Below, piece by piece: positions 13,591 through 24,714 of a stretch of 64,000 nt of DNA (within the stretch, counting starts at the first letter, position 1; every line of letters begins with the position of its first letter). Under the pieces are notes generated by a model. That model searched no databases and had not been told where the DNA came from. It saw nothing but the letters and a program-made list of their open reading frames with translations. A program made the position numbers and the translations under genes. The DNA comes from Orbicella franksi (taxonomy: Eukaryota): the NCBI GenBank assembly GCA_964199315.1, contig OZ116708.1, positions 26,412,001 to 26,476,000 on the forward strand. Direction: 5' to 3'.

Positions 13591-13749
13591 CTATCCACTT
13601 TGAAGCTCTGTAATCGTGCCGTAATGCTTTGTGGCCATGCCTCCTTGGGTCATGTGACTTTATCGAAAGTACATTTTTATCAAATGAAAAAAGCATCGAA
13701 TAAAAATAGTTTTTATCGAATGCAAAAAGGAGCATGGGAACGGTTTTAT

Positions 13750-14240
13750 CGAACAAATATATTTTTATCGAATGAAAATATTTTTAACGAATAAAAATAT
13801 GTAATTTATCGAATGAAAATATTTTTAACGAATAAAAATATGTAATTTATCAAATGAAAATATTTTTAGCGAATAAAAATTGTCATTCATCAAATGAAAA
13901 TATTTTAACGAATAAAAATATGTCATTTATCGAATGAAAATATTTTAACAAATAAAAATATGTCATTTATCGAATGAAAATATTTTTAGCGAATAAAAAT
14001 ATGTCATTTATCGAATGAAAATATTTTTTGCGAATAAAAATATGTCATTTATCGAATCAAAATATTCTTAGCAAATAAAAATATGTCACTTATCGAATCA
14101 AAATATTTTTAGCGAATAAAAATATGTCATTTATCGAATCAAAATATTTTTAGCGAATAAAAATATGTCATTTACCGAATGAAAATATTTTTAGCCAATA
14201 AAAATATGTCATTTACCGAATGAAAATATTTTTTTGTCAA
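13750..14240. repeat. ~41-bp tandem array inside the right TIR (reverse complement of the left array, more copies)
   Basis: Unit gcgaataaaaatatgtcatttatcgaatgaaaatattttta. The TIR continues inward to ~13603, mirroring ~10540. Confidence 0.95.
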
Positions 14241-14617
14241 ATTATGCTACTTTTCGGCAACCATATTGGAGTCCATATTTTAGAAATTTTAAATTGAACT
14301 GGCACGAAATTATAATCTCTCGATTAAAAGGAATGTATCCTTCAAGCGGAGAAGTGTACGAAGCAGCTCGAATAATTTGCTGCAATGTTGTTTTTGTTAT
14401 TAATTGTACAGGAAATTAACCGCAACCATAAACGATCAATCAGGCCTCTTTCTTCTAAAACTCTACCAATCAGTTGAGAGTATGAGCACGTGCTTACACG
14501 GTGTAAGACATTCTTAGACGGTGAATGAAATAATAGTCTTGTGAGTCTCGATATGTTGTAACCTGACAAGGGGTGGTATCAAGGATTCGGGGAACGTCAG
14601 GGTTAGGGTGGGCTAAC

Positions 14618-14704
14618 CTCTCGAAGCTCTAAATAGCAAATATCGCATTTGTCGTCGTTTAATTCCGCTGCGGCTGAATTAAATCCCCAGATGCTTCAGT
14701 CCAT
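14618..14704 (-). pseudogene. RING exon copy R4, truncated
   Basis: ATG GAC TGA (internal deletion gives a stop at codon 3). Homology stops after CDICYLELRE; no donor remains. Confidence 0.8.
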
Positions 14705-15175
14705 AGTTTAGAGGTTTTAAATTGAAGCACGAGATTATAATCTGTCGATTATATTTACGTAGCTCGAGTTCACATGAACGTCGAAGCTCGAATAATTAGC
14801 TGCAATGTCGTTTTTGTTATTAAATGTACAAGAAATTAACCGTGACCATAAAGCATCCAATCAGGCCTCTTTCTTCTAAAACTCTACCAATCAGTTGAGA
14901 GTATCATAACGAGCCAGACGTTATGCAGAATTAAAAGAAACTCAAATGCAGAATTAAAAGAAACTGACCTGTCGGCGACTATTATTGTTTGCATAGTTTT
15001 TTCTCGTGGACGGTTTCCCGCATTTTTCGATAGTGTCGAACTTGACATATCTATAAAAAGATAACCAATAGAAATGAAAGAAAATGTTGACACGCTTTGA
15101 GAGATTGATGCTTTGTGATTAACACTGCACAGTAATTTTGCATCAATGATACAGTTAGCTCATTCAAAATCGTAC

Positions 15176-15333
15176 CTCATCATACAGTCTCCACAGAATC
15201 TATGTTCACAAGTTGTCTGCACTAAGGGCTCTCGAAGCTCTAAATAGCAAATAGCGCATTTGTCGTCGCTTAATTCCTCTGCGGCTGAACTAAATCCACG
15301 GATGCTTGAAGCTCTGTTCCTATTGGAGTCCAT
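15176..15333 (-). CDS. RING exon copy R5, intact
   Basis: 158 nt, MDSNRNRASSIRGFSSAAEELSDDKCAICYLELREPLVQTTCEHRFCGDCMMR, donor AG|GTACGA. Too short for the ORF track. Confidence 0.85.
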
Positions 15334-17529
15334 ATTTTAGAGGTTTAAATTGACGCACGAGATTATAATCTCTCGATTGATATGAATATATACTCCAAGC
15401 GGAGCAGTGCACGTAGCTTGAGTTCACGCGAACGGTGCGTAGCTTTACCGCAGCGAAATTAAAGTTGTTTTTGGGATTTATACGAATATATATGGGATTT
15501 TAATTTGTACGAAAACATAACACGTGCATGACAATCGGTGACCATCCAATCGTCTACCTTTTATCTGAGAAGCTACCAATAAGATCAGCATGTAATTAAC
15601 CAAACAATCCCAAAATGTATTTTTAGAGAGCGAATCGAACGTGGGTGTATCTTGTGACGTTACTTTAAAAAACAATTTTAATTATTTTTATAGGTCGACA
15701 GATCATCACATTGTTTTAATGCATCGCGGCGTTGTCGAATTCAGTTCCCAGTTATTTCTTCTTCTCGAATCTTTAACAAGTGTTCTTCGACCAAAAATGA
15801 AAGCTCCATCTTTCCGGCAAACCTCCGTGATTCTTCGTGTAATCATTGATGACCAATGACGCCAGCGCCTTTCTACCAAGCATCTTTAACAACCGTGACT
15901 GCTGATATTATGTGCATGGCTAGGAACACCCAGCTAGCAGATGTTTTCTGCGGGACTAACTTTTGAAGTGTTGGTTATGGACAACTGTGGCATTAATCGT
16001 CGCAGTGTAAAAGGAATAGTAAACGTTTTGGCATTTGTGAGCGACATCACGAGTCGCCATTAATACGAGCGATGTGACAAACGTCGATCATGGACGGTTG
16101 AATACGCTTGTGATTCGATCGAAGGCTTCATCAAAATATTTAGCTTTTCCACTCTGGGAGTTTTCACAGCAACAAACAATGCTCTGGTAGAACTTCTGAA
16201 GTAGACAAAGATTCAAGTATGTATTTCCATGCTTTTTAATGACTACAACATGATAGTAAATGTTTTAAGCTTATCTACTCTGAATAGTACTTTTTAAAAA
16301 AAGTTAGTAACAAGTTTGTAAACGGATGTTTTTAGCTGAGTGCTCTAACAACTTCATGTTGCATATCTGCAGCGAGAAGCAATTGCGTTCCTGTAACAAC
16401 GGAATGAATACCTTTCATTGTGCAACGCTTCCCCCTGATAAATTCTCATTACAAACAAAACTGCTGAAATGCACCATTTCGAACTGATTTTTGAAGTAAT
16501 AAGCTGCACGTTGCATTAAAATTTAGCAGAATTATTCCGTGAAGAGATATTCAAATCCATGTTGGTTTTTTTCTCTCTCTGTTTAACATTTTGAACTGAC
16601 TGCAGCCTGCACTGTTAATGGGGCACTTATTCCCTCGCGTAAAATACTCGCTGGAGGCTCCAATAAGTCTTCCCATCGAAGTTCTTTAATAATTTCGACT
16701 GTGAATAAGCATCAAGAAGATGCTGAATTTATAGTATGCTCAATCTCGGGGAAATTCTTCAACTAGAAAACTTCTGGTATTTCCAAACAAACAGAGAACA
16801 CTGGCTTCAATGTTTCCTGTTATGGCTCTGGTGGTATCCACAGAACCTGTCGTCAAGCAACTCACTTTGAATCAGTTCTAGCAAAACAAGAAACAACAAA
16901 TACAATAGTCGTGGATGGGACTTAAGATACGCTTTGAACATTGTTTAGTTAAGCGAAAGTGGTGAACTTTCATTGAAACAGCTGAAACAAAAATGTGCGT
17001 TCGAGGCAACTTTCGCCGCAAGCTTGCGACTCGTCGATGTTTGATTTGATAATATGCATTAGTTGTACGCGGTTTTGTTTTTTAATATTTTCTATTTGTA
17101 GCTTCTGTGTCTACGGATTTTGTCAAGCATTTGTGGTTTCTTTGTTACTTCTCCTTGTGCTCTCTCTCTCAGAAGAATTATATTAAAGGGATCAAACTAC
17201 TTTAGTGATTTCCTTGACTGGGTTCTCTTTGTAGAGACCTCGTGACTTGTTCCTTATGCAAACGTGCTGTATCAAGATTTTGAATCTGAACTAAGGGAGA
17301 GATATATATTAGAACATTCTTTGCCGTCTGAAAGATATGCACTAGTAGCAACGCACTTTCGCTCAAACTAAACACTGCATTGTCAATCTAGGTCATATCG
17401 AGAACGATGTTGGCATTTTTAAGATCGAGACTGGTATGTAACTAACTTTTGATACCTTTCAAATTTCAAGCTTAAGTCTAATTTTAGTTGAATTTACGAG
17501 TCAGATCGGTGTAATAATAATAAAAAAAT

Positions 17530-18697
17530 TATTTAATAATAATAATAATAACTTTATTTAAGTGTCAGGGTAGGTATTTAGCTTACAGAAGCTAATTGGG
17601 GACACTACTACGTTACAATGTATTGAGATTTAAAATGTACAATTAAGAATACGAATTAAACTTAATTGGGTACACTAGGAATAAGTAAGAATAAATAATT
17701 ATAAATAATATAAAAACTGTTTCTAAAATTACAAATACAGTATAATACAAGAGAGAAATAAAAATTGATATTTAAGTGAGTAGTTCAAGAATTAAGAAGT
17801 GCATATAAGGCAGTTTGAACACGCATCCTCGATTAGAGCACTGAGGTCTTTGTTTCTAATATTCTTTCTAAAGTTACCGATGGTCAGTCTATTTTTGTCA
17901 GTTACGCTCAGTTTTGACCAAAGGTAAGGACCAAGATATCTAATGGAGTGTTTTCCATAACGAACTGAAGAGAAACGAGGCAGATCGAAGTCAGCATTTC
18001 TAAGAGAATAGCCCTTATTCGAATTTCTAAAAATTTCCATTATGTAGTCAGGTACAAGGCCGTTTTTCACTTTGAACATTAGGATCGCGATATCCTGAAG
18101 ACGTCTATTGTGAAGGGAGGGTAGCTTTGCACGACTTAGAAGAGCATCGTAGGTGTCTGTCTTGGAGTCAAAGATGATTCTTAGCGCACGTTCTTATACT
18201 CTTTCAAGCTTGCGCCTGTCAGAAGCTTTGCAGAAGTGCCAAACTGTGTGGCAGTATGTTAAATTAGGGATTATTGCAGTTAGATGTAAGTGGAGCTTAG
18301 TCTCACATGAAATGAGATTACGAAGTCTTGCTAACACACCCACTTTTTGGCTGGCCTTCTTGCATATGTCGCTAACGTGATCGCTGAAGGAGAGTTCGTC
18401 ATCCATGTTTATTCCAAGTATCTTCAGGTTCCTCGTCGGTCTAATTTGTTGATCGTCAATTGTCATGGTACACGTATCCATTGCATTCTTGTCACCCTGT
18501 TGAGGTGTCATGACTAGAATTTGGTATTTGTTCGGATTAGCTTGGAGAAGGTTGGCCTTATACCATTGTGATACAGTTTTTGTTTCATTCTTGAGGGAGG
18601 AAGCAATAGATTCGACGCGTGTTCCATTGAAATATACCTGGTGGTCGTCAGCGTACATAAACAGATTGCTGGTACGCACGTGTAGAATAAATTCAAG
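17530..18697 (-). mobile_element. 5'-truncated CR1/L2-group LINE (RT C-terminal half + 3' UTR + (TTA)n tail)
   Basis: LFMYADDHQ..W..N.L..NP.K..LG..D..LSF..H..ICKKASQKVGVLARLR; C-terminus RYGKHSIRYLGPYLWSKL. One in-frame stop at 18194-18196. AAT repeat at ~17513-17550. Confidence 0.9.
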
Positions 18698-20343
18698 TTT
18701 CAAGAGCAGTTTCGATTGTCCGACTAGTTTGACATGAACATTTTCTCTCATATTGACAGGAGAAAGGAGAAGTTGTCTGCAAATTCACCTCCAATTCGCC
18801 ATCTGCCACTTCGACCGGTTAGGACTGTCTGCTAGTTGGAATTTATCGGAATTGGTCAGAATTGGACTGTACGTGGTTCTGTAATCGATTTCCCTCACCG
18901 ACTCTTGCAAATCTTTTTAAATACATTCAAAGCTATTAAATCTGCTGTGAAATAACTCTCGAAAGTTGGCAGGATGAGGGTGCTATTCGATGCGTTTTTA
19001 GACTTGAAATACTAACCTCAATTCAAACTTAAGATAGACGACTTTAAGACTGCCATTTTACTCAAAATTCTCTGAACCAGTGATTCTCACAAATATTATA
19101 TTTTGACATTTCAGTTATGTGTCAATCGTCTTGTACAGCTTTAAAGCAATCTTAGTCAGTGCTCCAAGAATCGGCAATGATTTACAATAATAATGCAATC
19201 AGTGAACATATTCAGCTGGAATATGTATTTTTGCAGTTTATGTTTTACATGATTTTGTTTCGATTTTTTGATTTCCTGAATTCGCCAACCGAAACATATT
19301 CCTTATTTGAGGTTTACTAGTAGAGTGCACAGAATTCAGAATTGGTCAGTCAAATTTGAAGTGGCATCATATTCTTTAAAGAAATTAAAAGAACATTCTG
19401 GTGCCAAAGAAAATATTTCCAAGTTTGATTTAGTATCACAGTCTCATTTCCCACGGGCAAGAGTCACAATTCAGTAACGTTTAGAATTTACAGCAATATG
19501 TCCAGTATCTAATTTGCTTATTGGTGTGGTCGAAACAGATCACAGCGGGACACAGAGCCCGAACTTAATTGTTTTTTTTTTTTTTTGTTACTGGAGGTGT
19601 GTTAGGAGGTGTATCAATAGTCTGACGAATAGGAATAAATTGCCGACAAAAATCAAAATATTTTTGCGTACTTAGACTTGCAAATCGAGCTGCGACATTT
19701 AAAACTAGCGTGCGAAGAACGCGATCGCCCGAGGAATACATACATACATGCATAAACTTTATTTCTATTCGGATTTTTAAATAGTACTGTTGCGCTAGTA
19801 TCTCCGAAAGCACTTAACCATAAGATAGAAAAACTAAGCACATTTAAGTACATTTAAATGAAATTATATAAAAAATAATTCACAATGCCGGATCGTCTAT
19901 TTGTTCTTAAATTCTTTGAGTTTGAGACTGCAACAGCAAAGTGCCGAAATCGATGCTGCGATCATGTTGTCGTGTCGCGTTCTCACGAACAGCAAACCAA
20001 GTCACAAAAAATTTCAAACTGGCAAACTGAGATATTACAATCGGATATGCGTCACGGCTAATTTGCGAAAACCAAATTGACAGCAGTCTCAGCCAAATGC
20101 TCAAAATTATGCGGTAACGACGGTGAAAAAACGAGTAGGGATCGGTAGTTCAAAATTGGAATTTTGTCGACACCAAATTAATCAAAAGTTTACCTTGGTT
20201 TTGAAAATGAATATTCAAACTCTACATGACTTTCTATACTAACGTAAAATCGAATTTAAAACAAGTCAAGAAAGAAAATGAAGTCAAAATGGAATCGGAA
20301 CTTCGTAAATAACACACTATTCTAAACTCATTCAAAATCGTAC

Positions 20344-20501
20344 CTCATCATACAGTCTCCACAGAATCTACGTTCACTAGTTGTCTGCACTAAGGGCTCT
20401 CGAAGCTCTAAATAGCAAACAGCGCATTTGTCGTCGTTTAATTCCTCTGCGGCTGAATTAAATCCGCGGATGCTTGAAGCTCCCTTCCTGTAGGAGTCCA
20501 T
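20344..20501 (-). CDS. RING exon copy R6, open frame but third Cys and His ligands lost
   Basis: 158 nt, MDSYRKGASSIRGFNSAAEELNDDKCAVCYLELREPLVQTTSERRFCGDCMMR, donor AG|GTACGA. Confidence 0.75.
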
Positions 20502-23470
20502 ATCGGAGGTTTAAAATTAAAGGGAATATATCCTCCAAACGGAGCAGCGTACGCAGCGCTAGTTCACTCGACGAGGCCGGCGTTTGATAAGTAGAAATTC
20601 CGTGGAAGTTTTGCTATTAATTGTCAACTCACGTGACCATCGGACGGACCATCGGTCATGGTAACCATCCAATCAGGCCTCTTTTCACGAGAATTTACAT
20701 ACGATACGCGTCGCAACGATTCCAATTTTTTCAATAAAAGTTTTCGAAGGAGCAGCTGTGTGTCACCAGTTAGCACGGGACAAAGCACGTGTGCAAGTCG
20801 TTTGACAGTTGATGAAAGGTGGCAACGAATCGAATCGAATCGGTGTAGTTTGTGGAGTTGCTTGACAAAACAATTTTAAATAGGCCTAGACAGATCATTG
20901 TCGCATTTACTTTCCAGTTATTTGTTCTTTTGGAAATCTTCAACATGAGGAGTGTTTTTCGACAACAGATGAAAGTTGACTTTAATCCAGCAGAAGCCTG
21001 TGATTCTTCGTGGAATTATTAGGGACCTTGTATTGCTACCAGCGCCTTCTTGCAGCCTCGACAGCTGGTAATTTGTGCATAACTTGAGCTTCGGTCTGCA
21101 AGTTGTTTTATACGACTACCTTCTGAAGTGTTGGTTGTAAACAATTTTCGCACTGATTGTCGCAGTAACAAACTGGGGAATAGTGAACGGTTTTCCATTT
21201 GTCAGCGACACCACGAGCCGCCATTAACACGAGCAAAGTGGCCAAGGTCCACGGTGGTTTATAGCTGTATTCGATGGAAGACTTTATCAAAACATTTCGT
21301 TTTTCTACTTTGGCTATGGAAGAACTGCTGAAGTGAACAAAGTTTCAAGTATGTATGCAATATCTCTACTGATTATGCCATGATATTGAGTCTTTATGGT
21401 ATATAAAGTTGTTCCTTTGAAAAGAATTGGCCCAGCTATCAGTTTGTATACGAGTTATTTTTGGCTTGAACACTCTAGCGACGATCACCATTTAAATTTA
21501 GTTTAATGATTTCATAGTGATGGCAGGCAGCACTTGGCGGCCAATACTTCCTTGCTAGGAGTCACGTCTGTTAAAACCATCCATCAAACACACCATGCAT
21601 GCTCCTACAACTCTATGTTACAAATCTTCAGCTAGAGATTCAGCAAATTTCCTTCCTACAAGGTCAGAATGAAGACATCACTGTGTTTGACGCCTTAATA
21701 AAATGTCGGCGTAAAGATAATTGTTGAGATGCTTCATAATAAGCTACAACGTTGCAGGGTGTTTTTACAGAACAGTTATTCAGCGGAAGGTTGGTTCTTT
21801 ACTTTGTCGATGCACGATTTGCTTGCATTCTGAAAACAGCCTGCCCCATAAAGAGGTGAATTATTCCTTCACGTAAAAGCTTAGAATGTTGTAAACAAAT
21901 TACATATTCAGTTTGTACCCAACATTAAGAAAATTTGGGTTTGTTTCGTAACATGAAAATTAAGGTGTCAAATCTGAACGTACAACGCAAGTCCGCTTAG
22001 GAGTAATCTAAATAATCAACGGAATAAAGATCAGTCAATAATTAGTGGTAGTCTATGTCTTACGATCTTGCCAAGTTTAGTCACAACTTTTAGTCTAATT
22101 GCTCTTTAAGTATCAAAAAAAAAAAAGTATTTTCTTTATGTTTGTCATCGAGTTCGCTTCACGAAGAACATAAATTTTCCAACATTCTAGTCAGTTTAGT
22201 TTACAGGATCTTAGTTCGAGTTTTAGATTCCCTGAATCCGAAAGGAACCCTAATTTACATCTTCTAATTTGAAGTCAACTTTTAGTGTGCACTGAATTCA
22301 GAACTGGTCAGTAACATCTGCATTATTAAAGTGATTTTTTTTTAACTATAGGCATTGTAGTAATACTGGAATCGTAGCTATCTAGGTAAAAGCCCAAAGA
22401 GTACGTCTGTTCATACTACTCTTGAAAGAACTCAAAGCCGTAGAGCATTCCGGTGTCAAAGAAAATAATTCCAAGATTAATTTACGATCAAACCCTCATT
22501 TACCACGAAACAGACACAGAGAGAGAGTTCAGTAACGTTTAGAATCATGATTAACAGCAATATATCTCTGTAATCCCAGCACGTAATTGAATACTGATTG
22601 TGTGCTTATTCGTGTGGATCGAATCACATTGACAGCGGGACACAGAGTCCGATTTTAATTGGCTTATACTGGAGGTGTGTTCAGGGCCGGCGGCGGTTTT
22701 GTATTAAGTTGCAAAATTATTATTTAAATTGCTGGTCAAGTCTCGTAACCTGTAAACACAGACCGATTTCCGGCTTTTGTCTGTCTTAGGATAACAAATC
22801 TCGAAAAGCTCATTCACTCCCACAAGTGGAGCTGCGAGAGCCGAGCTCGGATTGAGAGAAATATCAACGACGCTCGGAGAAGAGCGGAGTAGGGCGGAGT
22901 AGAGCGGATAACACTGAGATCATGCTGAGATTATTAAACATTACATAAACAGCAATCCGCCCTAATTTTCTCTTGAAGTGAAATATTATGGATATGCGTT
23001 GCAAAAAATCGTGTCGGACACTTTTAAGCCAGAAACACTCGTGAAAACCTTTACAACTTCAAGGCATTGTAGATCTTCTTTATAACATTACCTGTATTAC
23101 ACGGTTTTAGCTTAAGCCTGTTATCATTCATGTTTGTAGCACGCCACAAAATGGAACTGACAGCAGTCTAAGCCAAATAATCAAAATTATATAGTGTTGT
23201 AAAATCGAATACAAAATAGATAGCTTACATCAAGAAAGACAACGCAAAAACGTGTAATTAGCCTTTCCTGGACACCAAATTAAGAAATTAAAATTTCTCA
23301 AAGCGTAGTATATAGTAGAATAATATCTTCTAACGCTAATCGACATTCTATAGTAACGTAAAATCGTATAAAAAGGACTTTTGAAGAAAATAAAGGAATC
23401 GGAATTTCCTTAACAGCACGCTATTCTAAACTTTAAAATTCTGCTACAGCTAGTTCATTTTAACACTCGC

Positions 23471-23628
23471 CTCGTCAAACAGTCTTTACAACACCTATAG
23501 CCACACGTTGCCTGTTCTACGGGCTCACAAGGCACCAAGCAGCAAATAACGCATTTGTCGTCGTTCAATTCCACTGCCGCTGAATTAAAGCCACGGATGC
23601 TTGAAGCTCCGTTCCTGGAGGAATCCAT
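23471..23628 (-). CDS. RING exon copy R7, open frame, His->Tyr, GC donor
   Basis: 158 nt, MDSSRNGASSIRGFNSAAVELNDDKCVICCLVPCEPVEQATCGYRCCKDCLTR, ending AG|GCGAGT. Confidence 0.7.
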
Positions 23629-24545
23629 GCCTTAGCGTTTTTTAATTGAAGCTCGAGATTATAATCTTTCGATTAAAAGGAATATATACTCGAAGCGAGG
23701 CAGCTCTTCAGTCAGGCAAAGTCGTGCGCCTGAGTACTTCGCTTCATTCTTGTTTTTGCTATTCATTGCACATGGTCTGTAAGAGATATGTTCAAAGTTT
23801 AAAGCTGTGAGAATCTACCAATCAGTTGCGTTGGTATTATGCATGTGATACCTTTTTTTGTTCGAAACTTTAAAAAAAATTAAATAAATGGACATTTTCC
23901 AAACTGCATTGTTTAGCTATGTAAACTAAACGATGTAAGTAGTCTTAAGTATCATTTTATACTGTAAGTAGGTAGTGTGCTGCAATATTACTATTTTCCT
24001 CTTTTTATTTTCTTTATTTTTTTTTCCTATGTATATTGTGTTTGTAAATTAATAAAGTAAAATAATAAAAAAAAAAATGCACGTGATACGTACATGTATA
24101 GTCCGAAACTCCATAGAAACATCTCAGGATTTTCACATGCCAGCAGAAATGCAAATTTATGGGAACAAAAGAATGTGTTTACATAAGAAAAGAGTTGAAC
24201 TGAACTCCCACGGGATTCGTTTGGTCGCCAGTTTTATTATTTTGGTACAAAAACCAAACACGCTAAAAATGAACGAGGCAAATATCCAGCCATGTTGACC
24301 TAACAAGTTCGGTCAATAAAGGGAATTTTTTCCTACGGGACACAGGGGGTAGTCCCTGGAATTTCAGTCGGTCGTCACAGTTTTAGGGTTAGCGGCTTCT
24401 GTCCATAACCTTTCTTTGATATATAATTTGTGGGGTTGCCTTGAAAACAGCGCGCGTACAATTTTTTTTTTTTTTTTTTTTTTTTTTCTGGAGGACACCC
24501 GCAAATATAATAACAGAGTATATCAGAAGAGTGTATCACTCGTAA

Positions 24546-24714
24546 TAATACCCCTTTTCACGGTTATTTTTTCTCATTTGCATTACAATGTAATCCAGCG
24601 TGGATGCGAGGCAATTTCGGGCTAAAACTACAAAATAGCCCGAAATTGCCTCACATACATGCTAGATGTTCTTGTAATGCAAATGAGCAAAGTTAACCGC
24701 GAAAAGGGCTATTA
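24546..24714. mobile_element. Palindromic (fold-back) MITE-like element
   Basis: taataccccttttcacggtt...aaccgcgaaaagggctatta ends, with internal arms gaggcaatttcgggcta / tagcccgaaattgcctc. Confidence 0.7.

Larger units (their letters stand above)
9999..14265. mobile_element. IS3EU-like DNA transposon, internally deleted, 4267 bp, very long TIRs
   Basis: Termini TATGGTTGCCGAAAAGTAGCATAATTTGACAAAAAA...TTTTTTGTCAAATTATGCTACTTTTCGGCAACCATA with 6-bp TSD TTGGAG (9993-9998, 14266-14271). An 8-bp TSD ATTGGAGT with ATGG..CCAT ends is an equally valid parse. Two convergent gene remnants inside. The superfamily call rests on recalled TAY..RTA termini and 6-bp TSD. Confidence 0.75.
9849..14276 (-). pseudogene. 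RING exon copy R3, split by a transposon after its first two codons
   Basis: The ATG at 14276 and CCAAT at 14466 lie on one side of the insertion. The remainder (SNRNGASSIRGFNSAAEELNDKCAICYLELREPVLQTTCGHRFCRDCMMT, donor AC|GTACGA) lies at 9998-9849. Uninterrupted copy R5 shows the empty site tattggagtccat. Confidence 0.85.
288..23822 (-). repeat. Tandem/segmental array of ~1-5.5 kb units, each = CCAAT promoter block + RING exon + shared spacer blocks
   Basis: Spacer blocks recur in the same order. The 'ctagacagatcatc' block is at ~610-1250, 4720-4960, 6250-6920, 15600-16270 and 20830-21420. The 'gacagcgggacac' block is at ~2265, 8056, 19543 and 22630. The 'gccgaaatcgatgctgc' block is at ~3595, 9405 and 19944. 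Confidence 0.9.

Noticed and set aside
10020-14240. 41-bp repeat arrays as a CRISPR-like locus
   Set aside because: The units are contiguous with no unique spacers, lie in inverted orientation within transposon TIRs, and the context is eukaryotic.
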